A DNA stretch of 61,594 bases, the filler included, from Jimgerdemannia flammicorona (Eukaryota): NCBI GenBank assembly GCA_003990765.1. It is 3 parts of 3 records of this genome, joined end to end, with 100 filler letters (N's around TTAATTAATTAA, not from the genome) between each part and the next. Parts side by side here need not be neighbours in the genome. Positions count along the whole stretch, not along the records: positions 20,566 to 41,030 come from RBNJ01001676.1; positions 41,131 to 61,594 come from RBNJ01001677.1; 1 more part is not named here. One strand, given 5' to 3'. The translations under genes were made by a program, and so were the position numbers. Under the pieces are notes generated by a model that saw only the letters and a program-made list of their open reading frames with translations, made no database searches and was not told the DNA's origin. Of this stretch, positions 36,801 through 49,350 are shown piece after piece; within the stretch, counting starts at the first letter, position 1, and the number at the start of each line of letters is the position of its first letter.

Positions 36801-39374
36801 CCTTCTGTGTCTGAACGTGTTGAGGTGGCGCTGCATGTTGATGGACCAGACATTTTAACACTACTCGTTCTAGAACCTTTCTTGTGAATTTCCAAGGGTC
36901 GTGCCCAGTATGAAAACGATTAGAAAGGATTTTATTTTTCAAATGCTTGAACTAATTGCACTGTCGTTTGTTCACAGCACGTCTACATCCTATTTATTTA
37001 TAACCATATCAATCTACCTTTCCTTAATATATCCGTTAGCTATTTTCTTTTTGTCACGATCACGATGATTCGATAAAAAAATAAAAATAAACAAATATGG
37101 GAGATCCACAATTAAAAAGATTCTCCCAAGTCACTTTTTAATCGCCTTGACCTCACATAAACCCAACAATAATTTGGTCATGGTTTAAATTGCAATGTTG
37201 TATTGTAGGATTCGACAAGTGCTGTCGGCTCCGCGAATAAAGATGGTAAAACTCCAACAAACGAACGTTTCACTCCTAGAATGGCAAGCGTTTTTCATGC
37301 GCATTGGTGTTTTGTCCTCTAGGATGGGAATTGGTAGGTCGAAAGAGTCTTTTTGGATTTTTAAATAATTTATTCACGAATGAGGATCACTGCTAAAATG
37401 TAAGGAACGGCTGAAGACGAAAGTAATAACGGTAATCGCGTGACGTTGGCATTTCCCCAGCCACTCTCCTACCTCTCCCTACCCTTACAATCGCCACAGC
37501 CGCGAGGCCAAAGACCCGTCTCTCTGCACTGACCAACACTTCCGCGAGGTCCCGCAAGCGACCCGTTACTGCACTGACGACCCATCTCTAACGTCGCTCC
37601 ACCCTATCGCACCCGTGAATGGCGACATGAAGGTTTCAAGGGGTGGGAGATAGGGGTATGGAGTGAGAACGAGGAGGCTAAGGTGAGCTGTTCAGTTATA
37701 TATATATCCTGTACGGCGATAGCCCTCTTTTTTGTTCCCGTGGCTCACTAATGTTCAATTATTCCTATGTCTTGATACAGCAAGCAGCCGCCGATAACAG
37801 AGTGAGTTGCTTAGGATACAGGAGGAACTTTTTTCGGCACGTATCCACCATTACCACTACCTTATTACCGGATCTCGTTATCACACACTTGATTTTAATT
37901 GTAACGTCTATTCCCGAAACAGCTCGGGATCGAGAAGGCGAACCGTACCAAATGACCTAGGTGACGCTCTCGAACGAAGAGTTTCGCCCCTCCGCTTCTA
38001 ACAACATGTAACATATCTTGCCTCTCTAAAAGACACCAAGACCGTCCGTCTGCACATTCTCTCCACGGATTAGGACTTCCTCCTGGTGCAGCAGCGACCG
38101 CTCCAAGTTTGGCTCAAGCAGCCGTACGCCGGAGACTGCATTCGTGTCGAGCCCGAGTTCCACCGGTAAGACATGGGCAGTTTGGGCTTGGTACTGAATA
38201 CAATCTCTGTTGGTCCCCGCCATGCTAAATTCTTCTACCCTCCCTGCACCCCACTTAGTGAGCCGCCCACGAGCGATCGGGAGCATCGCGATGGTGCCGG
38301 CGGATGCAGATAACGTTACCGCATGGGGAACGGGGCAGGTGTCGGAGGCGGATCTGGTATGTCTTTGTCTGTTTGGATTTTGTTGTATTGACGGGTCAGG
38401 TCTTCGTTCTCGAAAGAGCTCATGGGCCACAATCTGATGTGGTCGACCAACTCGGACGAACCGTGCGTGAGATGCAGGCGAGGGTTGTCAGTGGGGAGGG
38501 GGGTGTGTGTGTGATTATATGTGGGGAGGTTGGGTGTTGGGTGTCCGCCGGATTGAGCTTATTGAAACACTATTGCACTCAAATCAGAACATCCTATACG
38601 ACCTATTCGGTGGTGATCGCAATCGAATACCAGCCACCACAGTATTTCAGGATCCAACGTGAGTGAGTTGTATAAACAATATTTTTTTTTTGTATGATTC
38701 CGAAAATGAGTGACATTATTCATGGTTAAGAATTTAGATAATTGTGCGATAAGGGTGCAGACTGCCACAATACATAATAATGTATCTTCTGGCAAAATTG
38801 TGCGACGCATAAATTGTGAATAAGTTTCGCCGATCGGAGGGGTTGCACGAGACCGAATACATGATCACCAGGGTCCCTTTGCTCCACCTCTCCTTTTCCG
38901 TTATCAGCAATGCCTCGCGCGATACGCCGGGTGCAACATTGTCAAATAAGGAAACAGCCTCCTGTTAATTGGGTTGTGACGGATAAGATTGTTGTTGGCC
39001 CCGTTTGAGTTCTCAATTCGATGGTAACCGAAAACGGAAAAATTCGAGCGTCCAATCTGAAAGGGGTTTGTGGTCTGATCTCGATGATAATAGCTCCACG
39101 TTAATACCTAGGTCATTCACGCACAGTTATTGTACTCATTCCTCAATTTGATCTTCGAGCCACCCTTGGCGGCCATGCGAACACGTATATATGAGTGTGT
39201 CGCCCAGAGCGATTTCGTCCAGGTCGTGCGATAACACCTGGGCCAACAGTAATCTCCTAGAAGGTAAAAAACCAAAGTATACTCTCGCCATTGAGACACC
39301 AGCGCCTTCATTTCCGGGACGCTTATAATCAAGATACGTATATACTGGAAAGCAAACGTTCTCGATCCAGAAGG

Positions 39375-39375
<1 letters not shown>

Positions 39376-39410
<35 letters not shown>

Positions 39411-39448
39411 CAGAAAAAAAAAGAAAAAAAAAAAAAAAAAAAAAAAAA
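39376..39448 (+). repeat. Long interrupted poly(A) tract
   Basis: Read directly from the sequence. Confidence 0.9.
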
Positions 39449-41030
39449 GCCGCGTCCTATTGGGCCAGGAGATAACGCTAACGGAAAAAAATCGCCAATC
39501 ATACTTATCATATACAAAATGTTTGGCCAAAGGAACCTGTTTTTTTCTACTCTCAGGACATTTTATGCTACATTTGTGAAGTCAATATACTAAAATCACT
39601 GTATTTAATCCCCCTCTACGTAACGCGCCCCTCCATTTGTTGTCTTCAAACCAAACAGGACTCATTACTTTAATCGAAAATGTCGTTCGGAGAACGCTGT
39701 TAAAGTAAACGTAAAAATATTGACGTTTAGTTTGGGATATTTTATTTATTATTTCTGTCACGGCCCTGGCCGAGGCAGGAATTCGAGCCTGTCGTGGCTG
39801 GAAGTCGCCACAGGATATGACTCCATCACCTGTAAAATCCGGTGGTAATAACTGCAGTTAAAGCCCGGCGCGTGAACGGAGGAGGGACGGTGCCGCTGCT
39901 CGGCGGATTGAGAGAATGCGAGGCTAAGAAAAAGGAGTACTGGAAAGCGGTTGTCGCGTGCGTGATGATAGGGTTGGTAGGAGAGGGAGGGGGACTCTAC
40001 CATCAAATCCAAACAGATTGGATAAGGTCATACAATGTGGAAGAGCTGTACTTCATATACGTAGATGAACCTGGTATATACCACGTGTCACTGCTCGTCG
40101 CGTACGGAGAGCGCGTTGCCCTACACCATCACCTGTTTGGCAATGGCGACGCATGAGAAGGGCTTCGTCCTCCAAAGCACATATATTTGGTAGTTGACAA
40201 AGGTGCAGGGAGCGGCGCCGAAAACATTGTTTCGGCGTCGTCGGAACTCTTGAGTCATTTCCGCGATACAAAATGTTGATATAGTTCCCGACATATATAA
40301 GCTAATTCACGTATCGTGGCATCGAGCATAATTATCTCTAATAAACAGTCATCAGCTGACAATTTGCCACGTATAACATGGAGCGGGGCACGCTAAACGT
40401 AATATCTTATTATCAAGAACGGCGCGGTGGACATTTTGATGATCCCATTGTCTCCAAGGTACAATTTTCGATGTGTCCCGATTGGAAATAAGGATGAAAG
40501 ATTGTACAAAATAGAGTGTGGGAAATGTCCCTAAGGACTTGGCTTTGAAGGTAGTCCGCGTTCTTGAACTACCGACAAAGACCATAGGAATATATTACTA
40601 ATCAAATGAAAAGGTCATAAAACAGAGCAAATATTCTCCAGGAACCTATAGATGGACTTTCCTGCGATCCAGTGACTACAACAACCCAATGATCCGATTC
40701 GGATCGGAAAATTTTCATATCAGGATATCAAGGTTCATATGCAAAGACTAGTTTGCTCATAAGGTGACCACTTTTAAAAAGTTACTTCCCAGAGGTATCA
40801 CGATACGCCGTCGAAAGTTTTAGCCAGCAGTTCCTTTTGAAAGTTTTCGTTGGATGATGAGAAAACACGCCATCTCTCAGGGATCTTGCCGTTTCCGCCT
40901 AGGAAAGAATCCACGTATGATGGCACTCGTCAAACTTTGGCCGATCGCACGCGCAGCGCTAAGTCAACCAGTGTGTAAAGATATTATTTGTTTGTTTTTT
41001 GTTTTTGTTTTTTTTTTTTTTTTTTTACAT

Positions 41031-41130
41031 NNNNNNNNNNNNNNNNNNNNNNNNNNNNNNNNNNNNNNNNNNNNTTAATTAATTAANNNNNNNNNNNNNN
41101 NNNNNNNNNNNNNNNNNNNNNNNNNNNNNN
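41031..41130. other. Assembly gap with TTAATTAATTAA linker
   Basis: N-run with a central linker. Confidence 0.97.
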
Positions 41131-44100
41131 GTTTGGAGGGGGAAAGTGAGTATTCTTGTTCGGAAAGGGATGGGGGACATTGGGGACATTGGACATTGGG
41201 GGTTGCAGGTGGTGTGGGGAGTATGGAAGAGGCCTGGATGGGGCTCGTTGATGGTTGGGTCTTGTTACTGCCTGGCTGAGAGAGGGGAGAGGGTGGATTG
41301 GATTCGCAGATTGAAAGAGGCTGGTTTATTGAGAGAGGTTGGGTTTGACTATATGGGGGGGGACTTCAACATGGTACAGGATAAGGAGTTGGACAGAACT
41401 GATGGAGGGAGAGGCATGCGAGGTGAAAGTGGTGGGTTGGCGGACTGGTTGGAGATGGAAAGGTTGTGTTCTTTAGTGGACTCAGGGAGACATTTTTGGG
41501 CTGATTGGCAGGTGTATACTCATTGGGCAGCAGGACTGGGCTCTAGGATTGACTGAGTTCTAACAGCAGCGTGTTGGGGAGCAGATGTCTGGACGGTGCT
41601 GGGAGTCATATGGTGTCCATGGTCTGATCACTGGGGGTTACTTGAAGGGGGGAGGTTTGGGGGAAATGAGGATGGGCCCGGACATTGGTGGCTAAATTCT
41701 TCCTTATTGGAGGATAGGGTGTTGTGGGAGGGTTGGGAAATGGAGGTGGTTGGAGATATTGGCAGGTGGTGAGATCAAGGACTGGCAATTGGGGACCACT
41801 GGAGAAGGTTGAAGGTGAAGGCTCAGGGGTATTGGAGGGAAGTGGGGAAAGGAAAGAGTGCCCAGTGAAGGTGGCAGGTGATGTGGGCCTCGCGGCATCT
41901 GGCGGCGCTCATAGAGAGATAGACGGGTGTGCTGGAGAATAGGGCTGAGGCTGATTGGTATATTGCGAGAATCCGGCAGGAGGTGGAGGAGCTCAAAGGG
42001 GTGCTATGGAGAGAGGAAGAGGAGCAGCTGCAGGGGATGGTGGCCCACTTGCATTAGCAGGGGCTTGAGGAAGGGAAGAGACCTACCAGGTTCTTGTCAC
42101 AGTTGTTACAAGCACGACGAATGAGGCAGCAGTGGGAGAGAGTTTTGGATGAGAATGGCGAGCTGGTGGTGGGGACCTTGGTGATTTTGGGCCTATTGCA
42201 ATCCCAGTGGGGGAACCTTTAGAGTGAGGATGAAGGGGGACTAGATGCTCTGGACATTGAAAGGCAGCTGGGGGATTGGCACCTGGACCCTGCCATGGGA
42301 CTTGTGGCATTGGGGGACCCAGTGAGCGGTGAGGAGATTTGCAAGGTGGTGGCCTCTACGAGTAAAGGGACAGCCCTGGGAGAGGATGGACTCCTCTGGG
42401 ATTTTTGGCAGAAGATGACAGGGGTGCATGAGGTACTAGAGAAAATGATTGCTATATGTGATGAAGTTCTTCGGTCTGGTGCCTGGATTGGGGGACAGTG
42501 CTTGGGGCTAGTCTCCTTGCTATATAAGAACAAGGGCAGGCAGGAGGATTGGAAGAACTGGTGGCCAATCATGCTTCTGAACATGGACCGCAAACTGGTG
42601 ACGAAGATCTTGGTATTGAGGTTGCAAGGGATCACTCAGCAGGTGCTTGGTTTGGAGCAACATGGGTTTGTCGGTGGTCGGTTAATTCAAGATGGGACGG
42701 CCTGGGTTCATGGAGTGATTGAAGGTGCCCAGGCTACAGGGGTGGATGGCAGATTGGTGTTTCTGGACCAGGAGAAGGCTTATGATAGAGTGCGAAGAAT
42801 ATGGCTGGAGGGAGTGCTGAAGTGGATTGGTATCCCCCCGGGGTTCCGAGGTTCATTGATCAGCCTCTTGGAGAACAGTCAGGCAGCATTGGTCATCAAT
42901 GGCCACTGGGGGGTGACCTTCCCCCTGGGCCATGGAGTGCCACAAGGGGACCCCTTGTCACCCATATTGTATGCCCTTTCCCTGGAGCCACTACTGGACA
43001 GGATTCGGCATAAGATTGGAGGTTTGGACATTTTAGGGGTGAACTGGAAGGTGGGGGCCTTTGCTGATGATATGGTGGTTGGACTGGGTTCCTTAGGGGA
43101 TGTTGGAGAGTTGCAGAGGATGGTGGAATGGTATGAGCAGGGTTCTGGTGCTAAACTGAACTGGCACAAATGCGAGATGCTGGTGCTGGGTGCTGGAATT
43201 GTTGGTGGCGATGTTATTGGAACGATGGTCCCAGCTGGTGAACCAGTGTGCTACTTGGGGATCTACTTCTTGGTATTCAGATCTCTTCTTCCCCGGGCAT
43301 GGTGGGACCATAAACTGCTGGAGTGGGGTGATGTCTTGATGCGATGGGGAGACTGGCATATGTCTCTTGCCGGAAGGGTAATGGTGTTGAATGTGTACTG
43401 GATACCGAAGCTGTGGTATGTTGGATATTATTTGGATTTCCCACCTTGGGTAGTTAAGGGGTTGTTGAAGATGGCGAGGTCATGGATTTGGGGAGGACAG
43501 CAGAGCCAGATTGGTTGGGAGGTGCTCATACTGCCCTTGGAAAGAGGTGGGCTGGGCTTAGTGGACTTTACTAAGTGGCTTTTATGTCTGAGGGCCTGGT
43601 GGCTAAGGAGGGCAAGTGAGCTTAAAGGTCAGGAGTGGGTGCCACTCATGCAGAGGTTGTGGGAGGTTCGATACTCCCCACGTGGTGGCTCTGGTGACCT
43701 GCTTGCAATGGTGGCCATGGAAGGGAGCTGGAGGATGCAGTTTACAGGCTTTTGGTAGGGAGCAGTGGATGGTGCTAAGAAAATTGGCCTTCGGTAGTGA
43801 GGTGATGAGGCCGAGGAGGTTTGGGGACTGCAGATGTGGAGATGGGACAGGCTTCTATTGGGTGGTGTTCTGGTGGAGGACTTTCAGCTTGGCGAGGGTC
43901 TGGAGTGTCTGTGAGGCCTAGGTGGAGACCTGTGGCCTGAAGCCTGGCAGAGGGTTGGAATCGGAGAAGAGTGGGATTGGAATGGGCTCTGGCTTTGGAG
44001 CAAACAGGTGAGGCAGTGGCTGCCCCCCAAGTTCTGGTTGGCATGGTGGCAGATCCTATGGTGGAATGTGATGCTGAACTATCAGTCTGGTCACTTGGTG

Positions 44101-44677
44101 GATGGTGGGGTATTCGAGTGCAAGGATTGTTTCAATGTTGGTCAGGAGGGAGGAGTGGTACAAACACCTGAACATTGGCTTGGTGAGTGTGAGGTTTTGG
44201 GGGAGTTCTGGAGATGTATTATGGGCAGGATAGGGTTGGGGGCTGGGGGAGGGGAGGGAGGGGGGAGATGGGGAGAGCTTCGCCGGTGATTAGTGGGTGG
44301 GGTCGGGGATGAATGGCTGACCCTTGGCTGGGCCTTGGCTATGTGGGTTGGGTTGGCGGAGCATTGGGTACATGTATTTGAGGATGAGCATCGAGTTGGG
44401 GTTGGTGAAAAGGTGGCATGATGGGAATGGTTGCTGTTGGACATTTTGAATAGCTGGTGGCAGGGTTGGGGGATGGGTTGGGGGTACTGTAGGGGTTTGG
44501 TGCAGTGTATCTCTCAGAAGAGTGGTGGGAGGGTTCAGGTAGTGAGTGATCGGATGGTGCTTGGGTAGGGGGGGGTTGAGAGAGGGAGGTTGGGCCCCTG
44601 GGGAATTGGTTGAGGGAGTGGGTGCCATTGTATTGTTAACACTATAGACTTCGGTAATAAAGGGCAGTCTAAGAGAC

Positions 44678-44732
<55 letters not shown>
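41131..44732 (+). mobile_element. L1/Tx1-like LINE, best-preserved copy (5' end in the gap), with poly(A) tail
   Basis: APE motifs GGDFN, YTHW...SRID, SDH; RT; C-terminal CKDC...EHWLGEC; AATAAA then A-run 44681-44732. Confidence 0.95.
42295..43758 (+). pseudogene. LINE ORF2 reverse transcriptase segment
   Basis: NWWPIMLLNMDRK, QHGFVGGR, LDQEKAYDRV, GVPQGDPLSP, FADD, SGAKLNWHKC, YLG, GGLGL. Confidence 0.95.
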
Positions 44733-44735
<3 letters not shown>

Positions 44736-44955
44736 TATATCTCAGACATAACTGAAGGTATCAGAAACTGCAAAAAAGTAAAGAAGACACTGATCTGATA
44801 TCAATAAAGGGATAACTCATTACTATTGCCTTTCTCTTACTACCCTACAATAGGTATAGTAAATCAACCTAAGGTAGAGGGAGTATTTGTTGTGAAAAGT
44901 GGACTCAAAAGATTATCTACCAAATTTTGTAACTAGTAAAGTAGTAGGGAAAGAT

Positions 44956-45245
44956 ATCTGAATTACTCTATCTGAACTATTTCATTCAAATCACTTAATC
45001 CAAATTACTCAATCTGAACTACTTAATCTGAATTACTCAATCTAAACTACTTAATCTGAACTACTCAATCTGAATTACTCAATCCAAATCACTCAATCTG
45101 AATCATTCAATCTGAATTATTCAATTTAAATTATTCAATCTAAATCACTTAATCTGAATCACTCAATCTGAATCATTCAATCTGAATTATTTCATTCAAA
45201 TTATCTAATTTGAATTCTTCAATCTAAATTCTCCAATCCAAATTC
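44956..45245 (+). repeat. ~15-bp tandem repeat (ATCTGAATTACTCAA-like), probable hAT subterminal array
   Basis: Follows TAGGG at 44945 (hAT-like terminus) and precedes the transposase remnants. Confidence 0.75.
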
Positions 45246-46032
45246 TCTATATAACTATATACTGGATATATCTATATATGCAAATACACATATATAAATA
45301 TATATACATATAAAAATATATATACAAATATATATATATATATAAAAACATATATATAAATATATAAATATATATATTAATAGATCAGTCTTCAACAGTT
45401 TATAGTACCAAATGATACTTCAAGTCAAACATTTTCTAAAATCTAGCAATATTATGCTAAGACTAGAGATAATATTATTTGTAATTATTATAGGTAAAAA
45501 ATTAAAAAAAGAAGATATATTTATGATATAACTAATGCTTTTATTTAATATATATATTGTGGTGTTCGGTTATGTATAATGAACTTCAACTGCACGGCTC
45601 AATGTGTGCCACTTGGTGAAGCACGCGATGTATATGAGTGCATTCGCGATGGTTATGGGTCGATGATCACGTGACGGGTCGTTTGAAACGTGTGATAATA
45701 GCAGGAGATCGTTCAACGATGGTGGCTCAGGACGTTGATGGCTCAATTGTTTAGTGGATAAGGTGTTGTTGCTAACAGAGGGCGGTTATTATGCTGGCTA
45801 AGTTTCCTGGCGGCAATTAATCTTGTCGGCAAACTCGGCAACGATGGGCTTGCTCTTTATGCGGTTAATTAAAGTGGGCGACAGTCTTGACTTTAAGCGG
45901 TTCGTGGCACAGTAGGTCGGGAAAACGGAGGTTGACGGCTCGCTCATCCGTCTAACTTGTTAACTTGAGGGTGGGTTTACTGGGGTCCTTGGTGGTTGTT
46001 CTTGCTAGCTAGCGGGTCTTGTACTGGTATCC

Positions 46033-46471
46033 TTGAGTTCCTTGGCTTTTCGGGGTCTTGAATCTCGAATGGCGGTGAATGGCAGTCTCAAATGGTGGTG
46101 GTCGGGTAATGTTTTCTTTCTGTGGCAAGAGAAAATTCTTTAACTCAAACCTCGAGCGATCGTTGCTCTAGTTATCTTGTTCTCAGAATTTATCCGGTCT
46201 CTTGGAGGCAGTGTGTTTTCTCTGTAAAACTATCTGGCTGAATTGCGGGCGGTCCGTGGTCTTGAATTCTTGGCTGGGTCTCGGGTCTCGAATGGCGGTC
46301 GAATGCGCGGTCCAAATGGTGGCAGTCGGGTAACATTTTCTTTCCATGGCAAGAGAAAATTCTTTAACTCAAACTTCCGAGCGATCTGTTGCTCTAGGTT
46401 GTTATCTTGTTCTCAGAATTTATCCGGTCTCTTGGAGGCAGTGTGTTTTCTCTGTAAAACTGTCTGGCTGA
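46033..46471. repeat. ~200-bp tandem duplication inside the solo LTR
   Basis: ~46033-46241 versus ~46257-46471 (shared GGCAAGAGAAAATTCTTTAACTCAAAC and CTCTTGGAGGCAGTGTGTTTTCTCTGTAAAAC). Confidence 0.9.
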
Positions 46472-46788
46472 GGCTTTATTCACTCTAAGAATATGGGTTA
46501 TTTATACAAGTTTGCTAGCTATGGGAGGGGGGGCACAACTAAGGCTAAAGTATACTATGTTGTGGCGAACTTATGCTATTGGTTTGCATGATGCGAGATG
46601 CAGGCTATTGTTTACTACAGATTGGGTTGTAGGGGATAGCAATGCTGAAAACGGGTGTGACAATTATTTGCGCCGAATAGGGATAAGATGAGTGCTAGTG
46701 CTGGATATGGATGTTGTGGGTGGTAACACTGGGTTCGGACTTGCTGACATGAAGGCTACACAATTCTCATGGCTGACAGGTGGTGGTT

Positions 46789-47775
46789 CTAGAGGAAATA
46801 GTACCCTTTGTCCACGGCGAGCAAATCTTGCTGGGTTAAGATTTCTTCTTCATCATACCTCTCCTCAAAAGGGGGAAGCGCGGGCCAAGAAGTGAGGGGG
46901 TAGAAAAGTGGCCAGTCATCTTCGACAACATTCTCCAACCCTTGAACAGCTTGAATGCAGACAGAGGACTGGTAGACTCTCTGTTGCTCCTCTTCTTCTT
47001 CTGAAGGCTCATCAGTTTCAGTGTCAGAGGGGGTTTCTTCAGGGGCAGGGTCTTGGAGTTCTTGGGCTTCCTCCTTAAAGACAGGGACCTCTTGGGCTTC
47101 TTCTTGATTCGGTTCCCAAATGATGAGATGTGAATTGTGGCTGACAGGGTGGTGGGTGGTAGGGGTAGCTCCAACGGATGCTTCTATAGTAATGGGTGGT
47201 CCTTCAAACATCTCCATAAGGCTCATCAGGTGACCTTGATGGTTGTCTCGGAGTGGGGTGGTGTGGAAACCTGGTTGAGTAGGTTCGGTTTGTTGACTTC
47301 CTACAGCAATGCGGTTGCTGTCAATAGAGTTGGCTACTTCAGATTCTATCCAGTCAGCATCTTCAGTTGAAAGGCAGGAAAGGCTGCCAGTTGTTACTCC
47401 TTGTAAGTGTGCTATGGCCCAGGGAATATGGCAGAAGATTTGGTGGACACGGAGGGCTCTCTTGATTAGCCGGCTAGTGGTTATCAATTCAGTAATGAGG
47501 CCTTCCCGGTCATCTTCTTGAGTCTCATTGCGAAGGCGGTGTCCGATTTCGTAGTTATGCCAGAGGGTCATTCGTTCAGTAGTATCTTTGAGCTATTGGG
47601 TCATTATATACCAGTAGTTGATGAAGTGTCCAAGGTTCTTGGTGTAGAAGTTCAAGTGTTTGGAAGTATCTGGGTGCCAAATGGCCTTCTTGATAGCTTC
47701 AAAGATTAGGGTCTTTGGGCCAGGCAGAGGGGTAGAGTGGCGGGAGGTCTGGTTGGTTCGGTGAGTGGGAGGCAT
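46789..47775 (-). pseudogene. LTR-embedded accessory protein homolog with one premature TAG
   Basis: ORFs 47593..47865 and 46789..47571 are in the same frame, separated by one TAG; TATTTAA at 47831-47837 precedes an ATG at 47775; motifs shared with 26269..27366. Confidence 0.8.
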
Positions 47776-49350
47776 TGTGTGGTGGGTACTTGGTTCTTTG
47801 GTGCCGATCCCTGAGGCGGAGTATGGTTCCTTAAATAACGTGGTCTTCATTTTGGCTCGGATCATCTTGTCTTCTTTGGGATGATCACCTAATGGGTCAG
47901 GCTGTCTATTTGATTGTTATGCCATTATGTCATCTGACCTTAGCAGTCACTGGTACTCTATTGTCAATTGTGTACATCACAATATATATAATGTTATTTC
48001 TACCAACTTCTTTATATTATATAGCCAGAAGTTCAAAATACTTAGTGGGTCAACTTCAAATATATACATATCAATATATAAAAGACAAACACTCTAACAA
48101 AATCAAAAAGAATACAGAAATAAATAAAATTGATATCCAAGCTATAGTAGGTATATTTATCTGATTGCTCAACCATTTCTATATCAATAACCCTATTTAA
48201 TCAAAAATATTTAGTTATATTTTTTAGCAGAATTTTGAAATTAACTCATTTACTAGATTGTGTATACAGACTAACTATTCATAATCATTGAGAGTGACTA
48301 ATTATATAATATCTTTGATCTCCTCAAGTATGATTTATGTATATCTGCCAAGTACTGACACTATTTGTAAGATATTCTGGAGGCCTATAGGAAGAAATAT
48401 AATAATATTTGCTAGATACTTTAGATAAAATAAATAAATCAGAGCAATACTATAACTATTGTAAGCTGAATTATATATATATATATAAAGAGCTTATCAA
48501 TTTAATCTCATATTCAATAAATAGAATTTGGTAGACAGAATTTCATTTATAATTGATACATAGATATCTTCCAATGTAATTTTATTTCTGAGCATTAATA
48601 GTTATTAGATTGATCTCAATTGATAACTTAAATCTCTTACTTTTGACTTCATCAAACTTACTGATCCTCATTCTAGAGAAAATATCATGAATATTTTTAT
48701 TAATTATATCTGAGAGCTTGGGGTCACAAATAAGGTAAAAAGGAGAGACTTGTTATCTGGTTGATATTTTGAGAGAAGTCTTAAAATAAAACAGATTTTA
48801 TTGATTATTTATTTTTGCATAAATTTGCTAACTGAAAATTTCAAGTACAGATTTTAACTATTACAATAGATAATATTACAAATAACTTAACATTTTTCTA
48901 AAATTTAGTAGCTAATCTTTAACAGAAAAATATAATCTTTGGTATAGAAAACTGTTGTATATATTATTAGGTCCATATACTGAACCTTACTGTTCAGGAT
49001 TATCTTATGTATATAGACAAAATATCTGGAAGTAAAGAAACTCTGAGTATTGTCTTCAAGCTATACAAACTGGTTGTATTGATCTGATCATCTCTATAAT
49101 AATAAGATAAATTTACTGCACAGTACAGAGTAATTAGTTTAGTTCTAAAAGAGCTGATATTAGATGTCTGTATATATTAGAACTTGATATTTGTAATGAT
49201 CTAGCATATACTCTTTTTTCAGTTGGCTGAAGCAAATTATTTTGAATGACTAAGAATTGTTAATTAATTTCAAAACAGAAATTTTTTTTAAAAAAAAAAA
49301 AAAAAACTGATAGATTCTATAGTTACTGTTGATAAGGAAATACAGAGTGA

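Larger units (their letters stand above)
45558..47981 (-). mobile_element. Solo LTR (2424 bp) carrying an accessory ORF
   Basis: Minus-strand ends TGTGATG...CACCACA within a TA run (ATAT on both sides); TATAAATA at 46499-46506 and AATAAA at 46475-46480; no gag/pol. Confidence 0.8.

Noticed and set aside
39117..39593. Poly-Phe and poly-Lys ORFs
   Set aside because: Translation artefacts of the poly(A) tract.
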